From Vulcanimicrobiota bacterium (GTDB taxonomy: Bacteria; Vulcanimicrobiota; Vulcanimicrobiia; Vulcanimicrobiales; Vulcanimicrobiaceae), in contig CAWCIZ010000003.1 in NCBI GenBank assembly GCA_963795855.1, positions 896,001 to 960,000 of the forward strand: a stretch of DNA of 64,000 bases, written 5' to 3'. The translations under genes were made by a program, and so were the position numbers. The stretch's first letter is position 1; every line of letters starts with the position of its first letter. Shown here piece after piece: positions 23,279 to 33,774 of the stretch. Below the pieces are notes generated by a model. It ran no database searches and had not been told where the DNA came from. It worked only from the letters and a program-made list of their open reading frames with translations.

Positions 23279-25366
23279 GTGATTGCGCCATTCTTGCTCG
23301 GTGCCATGCTGACGGTAAACGATATCGTCGCACAACATCCGGTGAACGGCAGCCCGCCGACCGCTTTCACTTGGGCGCCCAACGGATCCGCGTACGTATA
23401 CAGCGTCGCAGGCGCTCGTGAAGGCGATTCACCCGTACTCCGGCTGCATGACATGCGAACGAACCGGGACCGCGCGCTTTTCAAGGCCGCCCCCGAGCAG
23501 CGCGGCTCACGTTCGCGCGATATCGCGGAAATCGTGTGGTCGCACGACAGCCGCCGCATCGCGCTGATCGATGCCGGTACCCTTGACGTCATCGATCCGG
23601 TGAACGGCCGCGAGGAGCGCCTTGTCGCGAATGCCGACGATCCGCAGTGGGCGCCGGACGACCGGCGGATCGCCTACGTCCACGAAAACGATTTGTGCGC
23701 GGTGGACCCCGTATCGCGCCGCGTCACCCAATTGACGACCACAGGTTCGCCGACGCGTATCAACGGCGACCCGGACTGGCTCTACAGCGAAGAAATGGAT
23801 GTGGAGCACGCATATGCGTGGTCGCCGGACGGCATGCGCATCGCCTATCTCTCGTTCGACGAATCGCCGATTCGCCCGTTTCCGATCGAAAATTACGTGC
23901 CGCGCATCAGCACCATCGAGCAGCAACGCTATCCGTTGGCGGGAGACAAGAATGCGCGCGTTTCGCTCAACGTCGTCGATGTCGCGTCGCGGCGTTCGCG
24001 CATGCTGTACGACGGCGGGCCGCGCGATGAGTACGTTCTTTCATTCACGTGGTCGCCGCGAGGCGGCGTCCTGCTCGATCAAATAATCGATCGCGCGCAG
24101 AAACATTTGCGCTGGTTAGCCTTTTCGCCGAATGGCGCGTCGCGCACCGTCACCAGCGAATCCGATCGGAGATTCGTCGACGTCGAGCCGCTTCCGAAGT
24201 GGTCAACGGACGGGCGAAATCTCTTCCTTCTGTCCGAACGCGGCGGGCGACAGTCGCTGTGGCGTATCGACGTCAAAAGCGGTGCAGCACGTCAAATCAC
24301 CGGCGCGTACACGGTGCAATCGATTGTGCGCTTAGATGATGCTTCGGACTATGCGTACGTGGAAGCGTACTATCCGACGAGGCGCGACCGATCGCTTCTG
24401 CGGGTTTCCCTTGCCGACGGACACGTCGACAACCTCACGCCCGGCAGCGGAAGCCACAACGTTGTTTTTGCGGAAAAGTCGCCGAACTTCATCGAAACGG
24501 ATTCCGCCTTGAATGCGCCGCCGGTCATATCGCGACGGGTTCTTGGACGCGCGTCGCATGCAGAAATCTTTCGCACGCCCGATCTTGCACGCTTCAATCT
24601 CGGAACGGTGCGCGCGTTGGAAATTCCGTCGCAATGGGGACCGCTGGACGCGACGCTCGTCGTTCCCGCAAATTTCGATGCTGCGAAACGCTATCCGGTC
24701 ATATTCACGCCGTACGGCGGACCGATCGGCATCGGCGACAATGAAAGCGTGAATCGTTGGGGCGGCCTCTTTCCGTATCTGCTCGCACAGCATGGTTTTC
24801 TTGTGTTTACGATTTCAGGACCAGCGTCGAACGTCGATCGCGCTTCCGCCGAACGTATGTTTTACCATCGCATGGGAGAGATCGCCATGGCAGGACAGCT
24901 CGCCGGCGTGAAATGGCTCGAAAAGCAGCCGTACGTCGATTCTTCACGGCTCGGTCTTACCGGATGGAGTTACGGCGGCTATCTGACCGCGTTCACGATG
25001 ACGCATGCGCCCGGCGTCTTTCGATCCGGTATCGCCGGCGCGCCGCCGGCTGACTGGCATTTTTACGACACTGCGTACACCGAACGGTACATGGGATTGC
25101 CGGCGCAGCAACGGGCCGCCTATCGCGCGACGTCGGTTTTGCCGTCTGCCGCACGACTCGATGGCTCGCTCCTGATCTTGCAAGGCACGTCGGATGATAA
25201 CGTGCACCTGATGAACTCGCTGTCGCTGCTCGATGCGTTCATGCGCGCGGGTAAGCACGTCGACTACTTCGTGTATCCTGGCGAACGTCACGGTCCGCGC
25301 AAGATCATGCATCGCAGGGACGTCTACTCGCGCATGCTCGATTGGTGGAATCGCACGCTCAAATAA
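23279..25366 (+). CDS. S9B dipeptidyl-peptidase IV family
   Basis: NGDPDWLYSEE, YPLAG, YGGP, GWSYGG, YDTAYTERYMG, DDNVH. Confidence 0.92.
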   Translation: MIAPFLLGAMLTVNDIVAQHPVNGSPPTAFTWAPNGSAYVYSVAGAREGDSPVLRLHDMRTNRDRALFKAAPEQRGSRSRDIAEIVWSHDSRRIALIDAGTLDVIDPVNGREERLVANADDPQWAPDDRRIAYVHENDLCAVDPVSRRVTQLTTTGSPTRINGDPDWLYSEEMDVEHAYAWSPDGMRIAYLSFDESPIRPFPIENYVPRISTIEQQRYPLAGDKNARVSLNVVDVASRRSRMLYDGGPRDEYVLSFTWSPRGGVLLDQIIDRAQKHLRWLAFSPNGASRTVTSESDRRFVDVEPLPKWSTDGRNLFLLSERGGRQSLWRIDVKSGAARQITGAYTVQSIVRLDDASDYAYVEAYYPTRRDRSLLRVSLADGHVDNLTPGSGSHNVVFAEKSPNFIETDSALNAPPVISRRVLGRASHAEIFRTPDLARFNLGTVRALEIPSQWGPLDATLVVPANFDAAKRYPVIFTPYGGPIGIGDNESVNRWGGLFPYLLAQHGFLVFTISGPASNVDRASAERMFYHRMGEIAMAGQLAGVKWLEKQPYVDSSRLGLTGWSYGGYLTAFTMTHAPGVFRSGIAGAPPADWHFYDTAYTERYMGLPAQQRAAYRATSVLPSAARLDGSLLILQGTSDDNVHLMNSLSLLDAFMRAGKHVDYFVYPGERHGPRKIMHRRDVYSRMLDWWNRTLK

Positions 25367-25437
25367 ACCAGCCGACTGGGTAATGCTACGCTTTTGCGCG
25401 TTGGGGACGATACCTTAGATCATCGATGGAGGCTCTA

Positions 25438-25659
25438 ATGGCGGAAAAAGTACGGATCGTTCCCACGGCCGATGGCGGATACATGATAAGCGGCGGAGAT
25501 TTTGAAGTCGTTTGGCAGAGCGGCAACGTCGTGGCGACGCGTTCCGTCGTATACCTGTGTCGCTGCGGTCAATCGAAGAATAAACCGTTTTGTGACGACA
25601 GCCATAAAAGGACGGAATTTCGGTCGCGCGAGGGAGACGAAACAGCTCATAAGGGTTAG
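25438..25659 (+). CDS. CDGSH iron-sulfur domain protein
   Basis: LCRCGQSKNKPFCDDSH; SD GGAGG. Confidence 0.85.
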   Translation: MAEKVRIVPTADGGYMISGGDFEVVWQSGNVVATRSVVYLCRCGQSKNKPFCDDSHKRTEFRSREGDETAHKG

Positions 25660-25676
25660 GTGCACCGCGGCGGAGC

Positions 25677-26435
25677 TCAAGGCCACGCGCCGGGATCGGC
25701 CGCTACGGGGAGCATCGCTGCCGGCGTCTCCAATTTCGTTACGTAAGACGACCCCTCGGAATGTGATATCACTGCAATTGACGGGTTCGAGATCGGCGGC
25801 AGTATGACGCTGTGCTCCCGGAGATACGAACCGGGCGCCCATGCTCCGACCGCGACGACTCTCCATTCAAAGGTCGTACGCGTGCGCGATGGCCTGACGT
25901 CCTCAATGCGCAGAACCCGATTCGGGAGAATTCGCGAATAGCAGAGATACGGCAGACGGTCTGGATTATTCTTGAAACTGTCGTCCTCGAAGTAGTAGGG
26001 CATCGCGTTCATCGTCAAACGGTAGCGGAACGCGCCGGGAACGCGGACCTTCAGAACCATTCCGGCCCGCACTAGCGCATCGAGGACGTCGTACGCGGTG
26101 CGTACATTCGCATCGGAAAGCCGGTCAACCGGAATGGCGCCGAGCCACGCAGGGTGCAACCACACGCCTTCCTCACGATATTCCGACGTGTAACCCGGAT
26201 AATAATAGCGGCGTATAACGGGTACTGGATTCCATCCCAGCGGAACGCAAGCGTGATACTGCTCCGACAGATCGCTCTGGAGCGTTTGCATGACGACTCG
26301 AGACGCCGGAGAACACCCGTTCAGAATGCCGCACACAAGAAGCACGCCTCGCAAAAGTTTTAACGCATCCTGGTATACTTCTGCTATGCGTTTATTTCGG
26401 CAACTGCTCAGCGTGCCCACACCATGATAACTCAT
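25677..26435 (-). CDS. hypothetical protein, possible lipoprotein (start uncertain)
   Basis: Fills the gap between genes; VLLVCGILNGC lipobox-like segment. Confidence 0.6.
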   Translation of the reverse strand: MSYHGVGTLSSCRNKRIAEVYQDALKLLRGVLLVCGILNGCSPASRVVMQTLQSDLSEQYHACVPLGWNPVPVIRRYYYPGYTSEYREEGVWLHPAWLGAIPVDRLSDANVRTAYDVLDALVRAGMVLKVRVPGAFRYRLTMNAMPYYFEDDSFKNNPDRLPYLCYSRILPNRVLRIEDVRPSRTRTTFEWRVVAVGAWAPGSYLREHSVILPPISNPSIAVISHSEGSSYVTKLETPAAMLPVAADPGAWP

Positions 26436-26474
26436 TCGTTCGGCGGGTCGTGACGCGCCATGGAAAAGGGGCTC

Positions 26475-27882
26475 CTACAACCACTGCTCCAATCCGACGC
26501 CGACTACAGTGCCGTTCGGATCGAGGCCAAGTGAGTACGACATCGTGCCGCGATCGAACGTGGCGCGATAGTAGTAACTGAGCACGGGCGGGCGCGGATC
26601 CGAACCGACCAGTTCGAGGGAACGTAGTTTTCCGAGGCGCCGGCCCAAATCGACGTATTGCGCAGCGATCACCCCGTGCACGTATCTCGCGGTGTCCTCG
26701 CGCAGAGGAATCGACGAAAACTTGCCGGAGAGCGCTTCCATAAGATAGAGCTTGGCGCGCGCGGATTGCGCGGCGTTTTCACGCAGCGCCTTTACCGGCG
26801 GGGCGACGAGCTTTACACCGTAGAGCGTGCTGGCGATTTGATGTACGACCGGTGCAGGCTGAAAAGAATCGCTGTTTCCGAAGACGACGATCGCTACGCC
26901 GTCGTTCGGAAAGGTGTAGTTGTCCGTGATGAAGCCCGGAACGCCGCCGCTGTGAGTCGAGCACTTCTCGGTGCAAATACGTGCCGACGCCCAGTCCGAA
27001 ACCGTAGCCGGTCGACGTTCCGTCGGTAAGCTTTTGCGCCGTGGACATCATCCGGAACGAGTGAGGCGACACTACGCTTCCCGAGTCCAAAGCCGAATCC
27101 CAACGCGCAAGGTCGGAAGCGCTCGTGTTCAGGCCGCCCGCGGCCCACGCCCAATCCCAGTTCCAATCGATCGTGTGCAGCACCGGCTCGAGCGGAAGCG
27201 TAGAGTATCCCGCGGCCGCGTCATGATACACAAAGAGCGGATTCCAAAACGTCATACTGGAGAGATGCAGCGGGCGTACGATGTGCTGCATGACGAAATC
27301 GGTATACGATTGACCCGTAATCTTCTGAATGACAAGTCCGAGCAGCACGAAATTCGTGTTGCTGTATTCCCACCGTGTGCCCGGCCTGAACGCAAGCGGT
27401 TTGGAAGCGATCGTCGCTACGATATGCTCGGGCGTGGTCGGCAACTTCGACGCGGCATCGAAACTCTCGAGTTCGGTGTATCCGGGAATTCCTGACGTGT
27501 GCGTGAGCAACTGCCGTAACGTCACTTCGCCGGCATGCGGCGCGTTCGGCAAGTACTTCGAAAGTTTGTCGTCGACGTTCAACTTGCCGGCCTGCGCGAG
27601 CAGCATGATGGAAGCGGCCGTGAACTGCTTGGTGATCGAGCCGATACGAAACGTCGTTGCCGCGTCGACCGGCACGCGGTCGTCCAGATTGCTCCAGCCG
27701 AATCCTTGCGCGTAAACGACTCGTCCGTGCTCGGAAATTGCGACCGAGATTCCGGGCACGTTCTGCTGCGTGAGCGTCTGCCGCGCTATTGCGGCAATAC
27801 GGTGCTGCATCGCGGAATCGATTGGGCGCGGCCCTGCTGCCACCAGACTCATGCAAAAGAACGCGACGGCAATAGACTTCAC
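26475..27882 (-). CDS. serine hydrolase, beta-lactamase class C/S12 family (indels near 26955 and 26800)
   Basis: GTG start coupled to the upstream stop; SITK, HTSG, YSN motifs; C-terminal piece 26475..26741. Confidence 0.85.
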
Positions 27883-28433
27883 GGCGAACCCTCCATGCGA
27901 CTCCGGTTCTGCGTAGAACGATCCGAGCCTTGAGCCGCGTGGAGATCGATCACCCAGTCGTTGCATCGCATGAAGTGCCCGCGTGGATACTCAAAAGTAG
28001 AAGCGCCCTCGTTCGTGAACCCGGCCTTCCTACAGACGGCATTCGATGCCGCGTTGTCGACCGCTGGATATGCGTGCATGAAGCGATGTATTCCCTCGGC
28101 CTTTGCGTAGGAAACGATCGTGCGAGCGGCTTCGCTTGCGATACCGCGGCCGGCGTACTCGGGCATCACCATCCAACCCGTCTCGTACATCTGCGCGCCT
28201 TTCCAAGTGCGTTCCCAGTAGCCGATGCTTCCCACGATGATAGTGCCGCTATCGATGCGAATGGTGAACATTCCGCCAGGGCCCGAAAAATTGGCATACC
28301 GTTTTTGACGTGCGAGAATCTGCTCGGCCGTTTCCACGCCGCCGAGATGCTCCATCATCTGCGGATTTCCGAGCGTCATTTGCAGCACAGGCAGGTCGGC
28401 GTCGGTCCAGGCATGCAACTCGATGTCGGTCAC
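27879..28433 (-). CDS. GNAT N-acetyltransferase (RimJ/RimL-like)
   Basis: ETGWMVMPEYAGRGIA and NAASNAVCRKAGF; only the C-terminal part of ORF 27879..30041 is real. Confidence 0.85.
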   Translation of the reverse strand: MTDIELHAWTDADLPVLQMTLGNPQMMEHLGGVETAEQILARQKRYANFSGPGGMFTIRIDSGTIIVGSIGYWERTWKGAQMYETGWMVMPEYAGRGIASEAARTIVSYAKAEGIHRFMHAYPAVDNAASNAVCRKAGFTNEGASTFEYPRGHFMRCNDWVIDLHAAQGSDRSTQNRSRMEGSP

Positions 28434-28520
28434 GATGATTAACCTCGAGCGCGAAGGTTCCGCGAGGCGGCCTCGTCTCCCGCAGGCAGCGTGCATTACG
28501 GCGCATAATTTTTGCAGCGC

Positions 28521-30476
28521 ATGAAAAGAACGACGATCGCCGCCGCATTCGCCCTGACCGGTATCTTCGCGCTCCCGGCCGCCGCACAAACCCCGTCGAT
28601 GAAACAAGTGCTGCAAGCGGCGTTTTCGATAACGTCGTACGGCAGCGTCGCAATATCGCCGGGCGGCAACGCGGTCGCGTACGAAGCAACGACGCGGCCC
28701 GGCGGCTTGAAGAATCCAATGCCGCAAACGGCGCTCTACGTCCAAACTGTGCCGGGTGTCGCTGTGCGGCTGACGGGCGGCAACGGAAAGGCGTTTTTCG
28801 AGGAGTCCGAGCCCCAATTTTCGCGGGACGGTGCGCGCATTGCGTTCTTGTCTAATGCGGGCAACAAAGAGCAGGCGCAGATCTATCTTGCGAATTCGGA
28901 CGGCTCGCACGTTCGGCAGCTGACGCATCTGACCGGCGCCGTGCAATCGCTGCGCTGGTCGCCGGACGGCGCAGATCTCGCCGTGCTCTCGATTGCGCAT
29001 CCGCACCGAAAATCGGGCGCTCTTGCTGCAGGAGCGCGCAAAGTGGGCGTTATCGGTTCGGTAATCGACGAGCAGCAACTCGCCGTCGTGAACACCTCGA
29101 CGGGCGTGCTGCGCGAACTGACGCCCGCCGATGCGTATGTCTACGAATATGGCTGGGCGCCGGATTCGAAGCGTTTGGCCTTCACCTACGCATATGGAAA
29201 CGGCGACAACAATTGGTGGGTTGCGCGCTTGGCGACGATCGATCTCGAGGCGCGCCGTCGCGATCTGCTTCGTCCAAAATTCCAAATCAACGATCCCGTT
29301 TGGTCCCCGGACGGCCGGAGCATTGCCGTGATCGGCGGTTTGATGAGCGACTTCGGCTCCGTCGGCGGCGACGTTTATCTTGTCGACCCGAATACGGGAC
29401 GCACGCGCGACGTCACGCCGAACATGCAGCTGAATGCGGCGTCGCTGCACTGGACGAGCCCCTCGCAGTTGCTCATGACGGCGCACGATCTCGGATCGCT
29501 GATGCTGTTCCGCTTGAATGTTAAGTCTGGGGCGCGTCAACCCATTGGGTATACCGGCGAAACCGTTTACCGCTGGGATGCAACCCCCAGCGGAAGGAAC
29601 ATCGCCTTTGTCCGCACGTCCTTCTCGCGTCCGCCGGAGGTCTGGATGGGTGCGCCGGGTGCGGCGAAGCAAATCACGCACGGCAATGCCGGCGCCCCGC
29701 GATTCTGGACCAAAGCCGTGTCGCTGCGTTGGATCGACGGAGCGTATCGTCCGCAAGGCTGGCTGATTTATCCCCGCGACTTCAATCCCGCAAAGCGCTA
29801 TCCGATGATCACGATCGTCCACGGCGGTCCCAGCTCGGAAAGCTTGCCGACATACACAAACACGACCATGGCGGCGCTCACCAGTCACGAGTACTTCGTA
29901 TTGGAACCAAACCCGCGCGGAAGTTACGGCCAAGGTGAAACGTACACCAGCGCAAACGTGAAAGATTTCGGCTACGGCGACTGGCACGACGATCTCGCCG
30001 GGGTAGACGCAGCAATCGCGCACGCGCCGATCGACGCCCATCGCCTAGGCTTGTGGGGCTGGAGTTACGGCGGTTACATGGGCATGTGGGCAGAAACGCA
30101 AACCAGGCGTTTCAAAGCGATCGTTGCCGGCGCGGGCGTCGTGAATTGGCAGTCGTACTACGGTCAAAACGACATCGACCAGTGGATGATTCCGTTCTTC
30201 GGCGCGTCCGTGTACGACGATCCCGCAGTGTATGCGAAAAGTTCACCCATTACGTTTATCAAAAACTCGCACACGCCCGTCCTGATCTTGCAAGGCGAGC
30301 GTGACGAAGAGGTCCCGGCGCCTCAAGCGTTCGAGTTTTATCACGCGATGCAGACACTCGGCGTACCTTCGAGATTGGTCGTGTATGCTGATGAGGGGCA
30401 TGGTCCGCGCAAGCCGGCGAACCAAATCGACATTTTGCAGCGCACCTTGAACTGGTTCGGAAAGTACCTGAAATAA
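28521..30476 (+). CDS. S9C family peptidase, secreted
   Basis: Signal peptide; WSPDG repeats; VHGGP, PNPRGS, GWSYGG, DEEVP, EGHG. Confidence 0.92.
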   Translation: MKRTTIAAAFALTGIFALPAAAQTPSMKQVLQAAFSITSYGSVAISPGGNAVAYEATTRPGGLKNPMPQTALYVQTVPGVAVRLTGGNGKAFFEESEPQFSRDGARIAFLSNAGNKEQAQIYLANSDGSHVRQLTHLTGAVQSLRWSPDGADLAVLSIAHPHRKSGALAAGARKVGVIGSVIDEQQLAVVNTSTGVLRELTPADAYVYEYGWAPDSKRLAFTYAYGNGDNNWWVARLATIDLEARRRDLLRPKFQINDPVWSPDGRSIAVIGGLMSDFGSVGGDVYLVDPNTGRTRDVTPNMQLNAASLHWTSPSQLLMTAHDLGSLMLFRLNVKSGARQPIGYTGETVYRWDATPSGRNIAFVRTSFSRPPEVWMGAPGAAKQITHGNAGAPRFWTKAVSLRWIDGAYRPQGWLIYPRDFNPAKRYPMITIVHGGPSSESLPTYTNTTMAALTSHEYFVLEPNPRGSYGQGETYTSANVKDFGYGDWHDDLAGVDAAIAHAPIDAHRLGLWGWSYGGYMGMWAETQTRRFKAIVAGAGVVNWQSYYGQNDIDQWMIPFFGASVYDDPAVYAKSSPITFIKNSHTPVLILQGERDEEVPAPQAFEFYHAMQTLGVPSRLVVYADEGHGPRKPANQIDILQRTLNWFGKYLK

Positions 30477-30505
30477 GCGCCGCAATTCGTGGTTATGCTG
30501 TAAGT

Positions 30506-31105
30506 ATGTGGCCGCAGCCGATCGTTTTGCAGAATGAAATCGTGCGCCTCGTGCCGCTGGAAGCGGCGCATGGCGATGCGTTGAAGCAAGCCGCGAGCGA
30601 CGGACGCCTTTGGGAGTTGTGGTACACGACGATTCCGGAGCCGGGTGAGATGGCCGCCGAAATCGAACGCCGCTTGAGCTTACAGCGTCAGCGCTCGATG
30701 CTGCCGTTCACCGTCGTGGACTCTCGCAGCGATCGCATCGTCGGACAAACGACGTACATGAACGTCGATCCGCAAAACCGCCGGCTGGAAATCGGCTCGA
30801 CGTGGTATGCCGCAAGCGCGCAGCGAACGGCAATCAACACCGCGAGTAAATTGTTGCTCTTGACGCATGCGTTCGAGAACTTGCAGTGCATTGCCGTCGA
30901 ATTCCGCACGTCTTCGTTCAACTTCCGGAGCCGGTGCGCGATAGAGCGCATCGGCGCCAAACTCGACGGTGTGCTGCGCCATCACATGCATCACCGGGAC
31001 GGCACGCTTCGCGATACGGTGGTGTACAGCATCATCGCGCCGGAATGGCCGGCGGTGCGGCAAAATCTTGCGGCGCGGTTAGCGCACGGGAGGGAGCGCG
31101 GCTAA
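30506..31105 (+). CDS. GNAT N-acetyltransferase (RimJ/RimL-like)
   Basis: RRLEIGSTW, KLLLLTHAFE, AIERIGAKLDGVLR, RDTVVYSI. Confidence 0.9.
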   Translation: MWPQPIVLQNEIVRLVPLEAAHGDALKQAASDGRLWELWYTTIPEPGEMAAEIERRLSLQRQRSMLPFTVVDSRSDRIVGQTTYMNVDPQNRRLEIGSTWYAASAQRTAINTASKLLLLTHAFENLQCIAVEFRTSSFNFRSRCAIERIGAKLDGVLRHHMHHRDGTLRDTVVYSIIAPEWPAVRQNLAARLAHGRERG

Positions 31106-31720
31106 CGCAGACGCGATGTCGGGATATCGGCTGAACGAGTCGCAGGTGATTACTACGGTCGCGCCTCCCGCGAATATGGCGTAGCGCCCGCTGTACTCTT
31201 GCTCCTCGCGCGTGACTGCCCAAACGCCGGGAAGCACTTGCGATCGTTGGTCCGTAACGCTACCTGATTTTGCGTATCGCGGAAGCGTCGCAGGGGTGTA
31301 TGCGTATCTTAGGACGTTGCCGACGGCGTCCACGGAGAACGTCCCGCTCCCGTGACTGCCGTCGCGCTGCAGCGGCGTGAACGCGTAAGTGCGCGAGTCC
31401 AGTGCCTGATACGAATACTCGCCGATGAACTGCGGATCGAACGGCCGGTGAAAAACGTCGGCCGGATTCGGATGTTCGTACTGATTTTCTACTTGCGCTA
31501 TGGTCCGCGCATCCGCGGGTTGCCCTCCCGTCATATCACGAATCACGCGCACCTTGACGGTGCGGCCGTCTTCGCTCGCCACGGCGAGCACCAGCTCGTC
31601 ATGACGATGCATCGGTCCGGCATGCACGTCGAAGATGCGCGTCATTCGATAGACGATCGCGCCGCGTTCTTGCGTCAGGGCGTGCTGCGCGATCTGCGCG
31701 ACCGCCGGCGGAGGCAACAC
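31079..31720 (-). CDS. hypothetical protein
   Basis: 213-aa ORF co-oriented with its neighbours; protein-like composition. Confidence 0.6.
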   Translation of the reverse strand: MLPPPAVAQIAQHALTQERGAIVYRMTRIFDVHAGPMHRHDELVLAVASEDGRTVKVRVIRDMTGGQPADARTIAQVENQYEHPNPADVFHRPFDPQFIGEYSYQALDSRTYAFTPLQRDGSHGSGTFSVDAVGNVLRYAYTPATLPRYAKSGSVTDQRSQVLPGVWAVTREEQEYSGRYAIFAGGATVVITCDSFSRYPDIASALAALPPVR

Positions 31721-31745
31721 GAGCCGGACGAAGGCCCCGGCGGAT

Positions 31746-31961
31746 CTAGGTCGCGTCGCGCACGTTGCGCTTCGTCTTGTCGATTCCGGCCTTCGCTTCC
31801 TCAGTCACTTCGCGCGCCACCGAGCCGGCTTTTTCGCCCGGAGTCATCACGTCGCCGAAGGCGGTGCGTCCCGCTCGCTCCGCGTCCGCGTTGCCGCGAT
31901 GCGCGCCTTCTTTGATTGCGTCGCCTACGTCTTGAACGGTTTTCTTGATTTCATTTCCCAT
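31746..31961 (-). CDS. small hydrophilic helical protein (CsbD/LEA-like composition)
   Basis: 71 aa, rich in A/K/E/D/G; GTTA-N16-GGGTAG just upstream. Confidence 0.7.
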   Translation of the reverse strand: MGNEIKKTVQDVGDAIKEGAHRGNADAERAGRTAFGDVMTPGEKAGSVAREVTEEAKAGIDKTKRNVRDAT

Positions 31962-32024
31962 AGTGTAAGCAGACTACCCCGTGCCCGAATCCCGATAACG
32001 CATGCAGGGCTCACTTGCCTGGGC

Positions 32025-32901
32025 TCATTCCCAGCGATCGACGATTGCCTTCGCAAGCCGGCCGATGAGCAGTTGACCGGAATTGTCCGGCGTCCAGCTC
32101 TGGTCCTGATTGTCGTATGTGAACGCCGAGATGACGATGGGGCCGTTTCGCGCGTACACGATCGCCACGTCGTTTCGCGCGTCGTTCACCGCGCCGGTTT
32201 TGTTTGCGATTTCCAAGTTCGGCAAATAGCGCGGTATCGCGTCGCGATCGGTTTGATTCTTGAGCATCGCCAGCGCCGCTTCGCACAGCTCGCTTCCTAA
32301 GCGTGTCGCACGTAGCGTAATGCTGCATGACCGAAGCCATTTCGCGGGCCGTCGTTTTTCCGAGGCCGAACGTTTTTTGATCCGCCGGCACCGGGCCGAC
32401 CGGCGGCATGAAGACTTTCTTGTACAGCCAGGTGTTCTTGAGTCCGAGCGATTCGATTTCGTCGTCGATGTTCCGCAGACCGATACGATCGATGACCAAA
32501 TTCGTTGCCGTATTGTCGCTTACCACGACCATCATCGTCAGCGCATCTTTGAGTGTGACGGTGAGCGGCGTATCGAAAAGACCAAGTACTCCCGATCCGC
32601 CGACCTGATTTGCCTTCGTCAAAACGAGCTGGTCCGCAAAGGAGGCCCGGCCGGCTTGTATTTGCTGCAGCGCATCGTAGAGAATCGTGAGTTTTATGAC
32701 GGACGCGGTCGGAACCGGCGTGTCGGCATTCAGCGCAACGGTTTTCGCCGTGCGCAGATCGGTCGCGTAAAGCGCGACGTGTCCGCGGTATCCTGCGGCA
32801 ATCGCCCCGAGCTGTGCATCGAGCGCGGCGTCGTTCTGCGCCTGCGCCGGTGCGAAGAAAGCGACTGCCAGAACGAGTGCAAGAGTGCATCGCAATATCA
32901 T
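32025..32901 (-). CDS. class A beta-lactamase-related serine hydrolase (indel near 32300)
   Basis: Signal peptide; ASVIK (SxxK), SDN and NKTG motifs. Confidence 0.85.
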
Positions 32902-32902
32902 C

Positions 32903-33709
32903 CTACGTTCGTTCGCCGACCCCACGCTTGAGGTCCCGCATAGCCCACTTTCCGAACACGACGTCGGGGTAGCGATCGACCAAGAGGGAGAGCAGCCGAA
33001 TGGCCTGCGTTTGTGCGTCGTCTCCGGGAAGTTGCTCAAACGTTGACGCGAGTTCCCAAGCGGAGCGCGCGTAGTCCGGATCCGCGCCGCCGCGCGAGAG
33101 CGTGAAGAACCGCTGCTCGAGATCGAGCGCCGCCTGCAGCTGATCCGCCGGCGCCGCACTGCGCACGAATCCGATCGCGTGAATGAGTGACGTCGCGTCT
33201 ACGACTGCGGCGGACGGAGAAGGCGGCGCGCCGGCCCACCGCGGCCACGGCCGCACGCCGATTCCGCGCACGAGATCCCGCGCCGCGTTCTCGCCGAACG
33301 GCGTGCCGGCGTAACGATCGCGCAGCTGCTGCAGCACGTTCAACGCACGGCTTCGCGCATCGTCGCCCGGCAGTTCTTCATAAAGCACGGCCAGATTCCA
33401 AAGGGTTGCCGGCAGCCAAGAATCGCGCGGGAAGCGCGTCCCCCAATCGTCCACCGCATCTTCGACCAGCACGGCGTCGTGCGAGATCGCGTCGGGTTTG
33501 CGACGTGCGTGGTGCAATTGATCTTTCAATGAGAATATCGTGTGACGAATGCCGAGCGGGCTGAGCTTCTCGCGCCCGAAATATTCGTCCGCGGGTGCCA
33601 GTTCGGAAAGTGAAACGGGACCGCTTGAAGCGATCCCGTTTGAAGATAAAGTACCGAACGCTGCGAGCGTTGCCAGAGAAAGCGCGAACACCAGGCTCGT
33701 CCTTGTCAT
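32903..33709 (-). CDS. secreted hypothetical protein with duplicated helical (TPR-like) module
   Basis: Signal peptide; LAPADEYFGR; two copies of W.LA..(Y/F)E.LPGDDA...A...L..L.DRY....FG..A.RDL.RG.G.R. Confidence 0.7.
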   Translation of the reverse strand: MTRTSLVFALSLATLAAFGTLSSNGIASSGPVSLSELAPADEYFGREKLSPLGIRHTIFSLKDQLHHARRKPDAISHDAVLVEDAVDDWGTRFPRDSWLPATLWNLAVLYEELPGDDARSRALNVLQQLRDRYAGTPFGENAARDLVRGIGVRPWPRWAGAPPSPSAAVVDATSLIHAIGFVRSAAPADQLQAALDLEQRFFTLSRGGADPDYARSAWELASTFEQLPGDDAQTQAIRLLSLLVDRYPDVVFGKWAMRDLKRGVGERT

Positions 33710-33774
33710 CTCTGGACCATGATCTTTCGCGGGCAACCTCGGCTGCCATGGCAGCCGGCTGAGGGCCAGGTCGC

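Noticed and set aside
27879..30041. 720-aa minus-strand ORF and other long antisense ORFs (3737..5254, 35844..37172, 48105..50060, 56701..57990)
   Set aside because: Shadows of real genes in GC-rich DNA with no recognisable motifs; only 27879..28433 (GNAT) is supported
5820..32901. Beta-lactam resistance cluster
   Set aside because: SxxK proteins belong to broad serine-hydrolase/peptidase families; motifs alone do not show beta-lactamase activity
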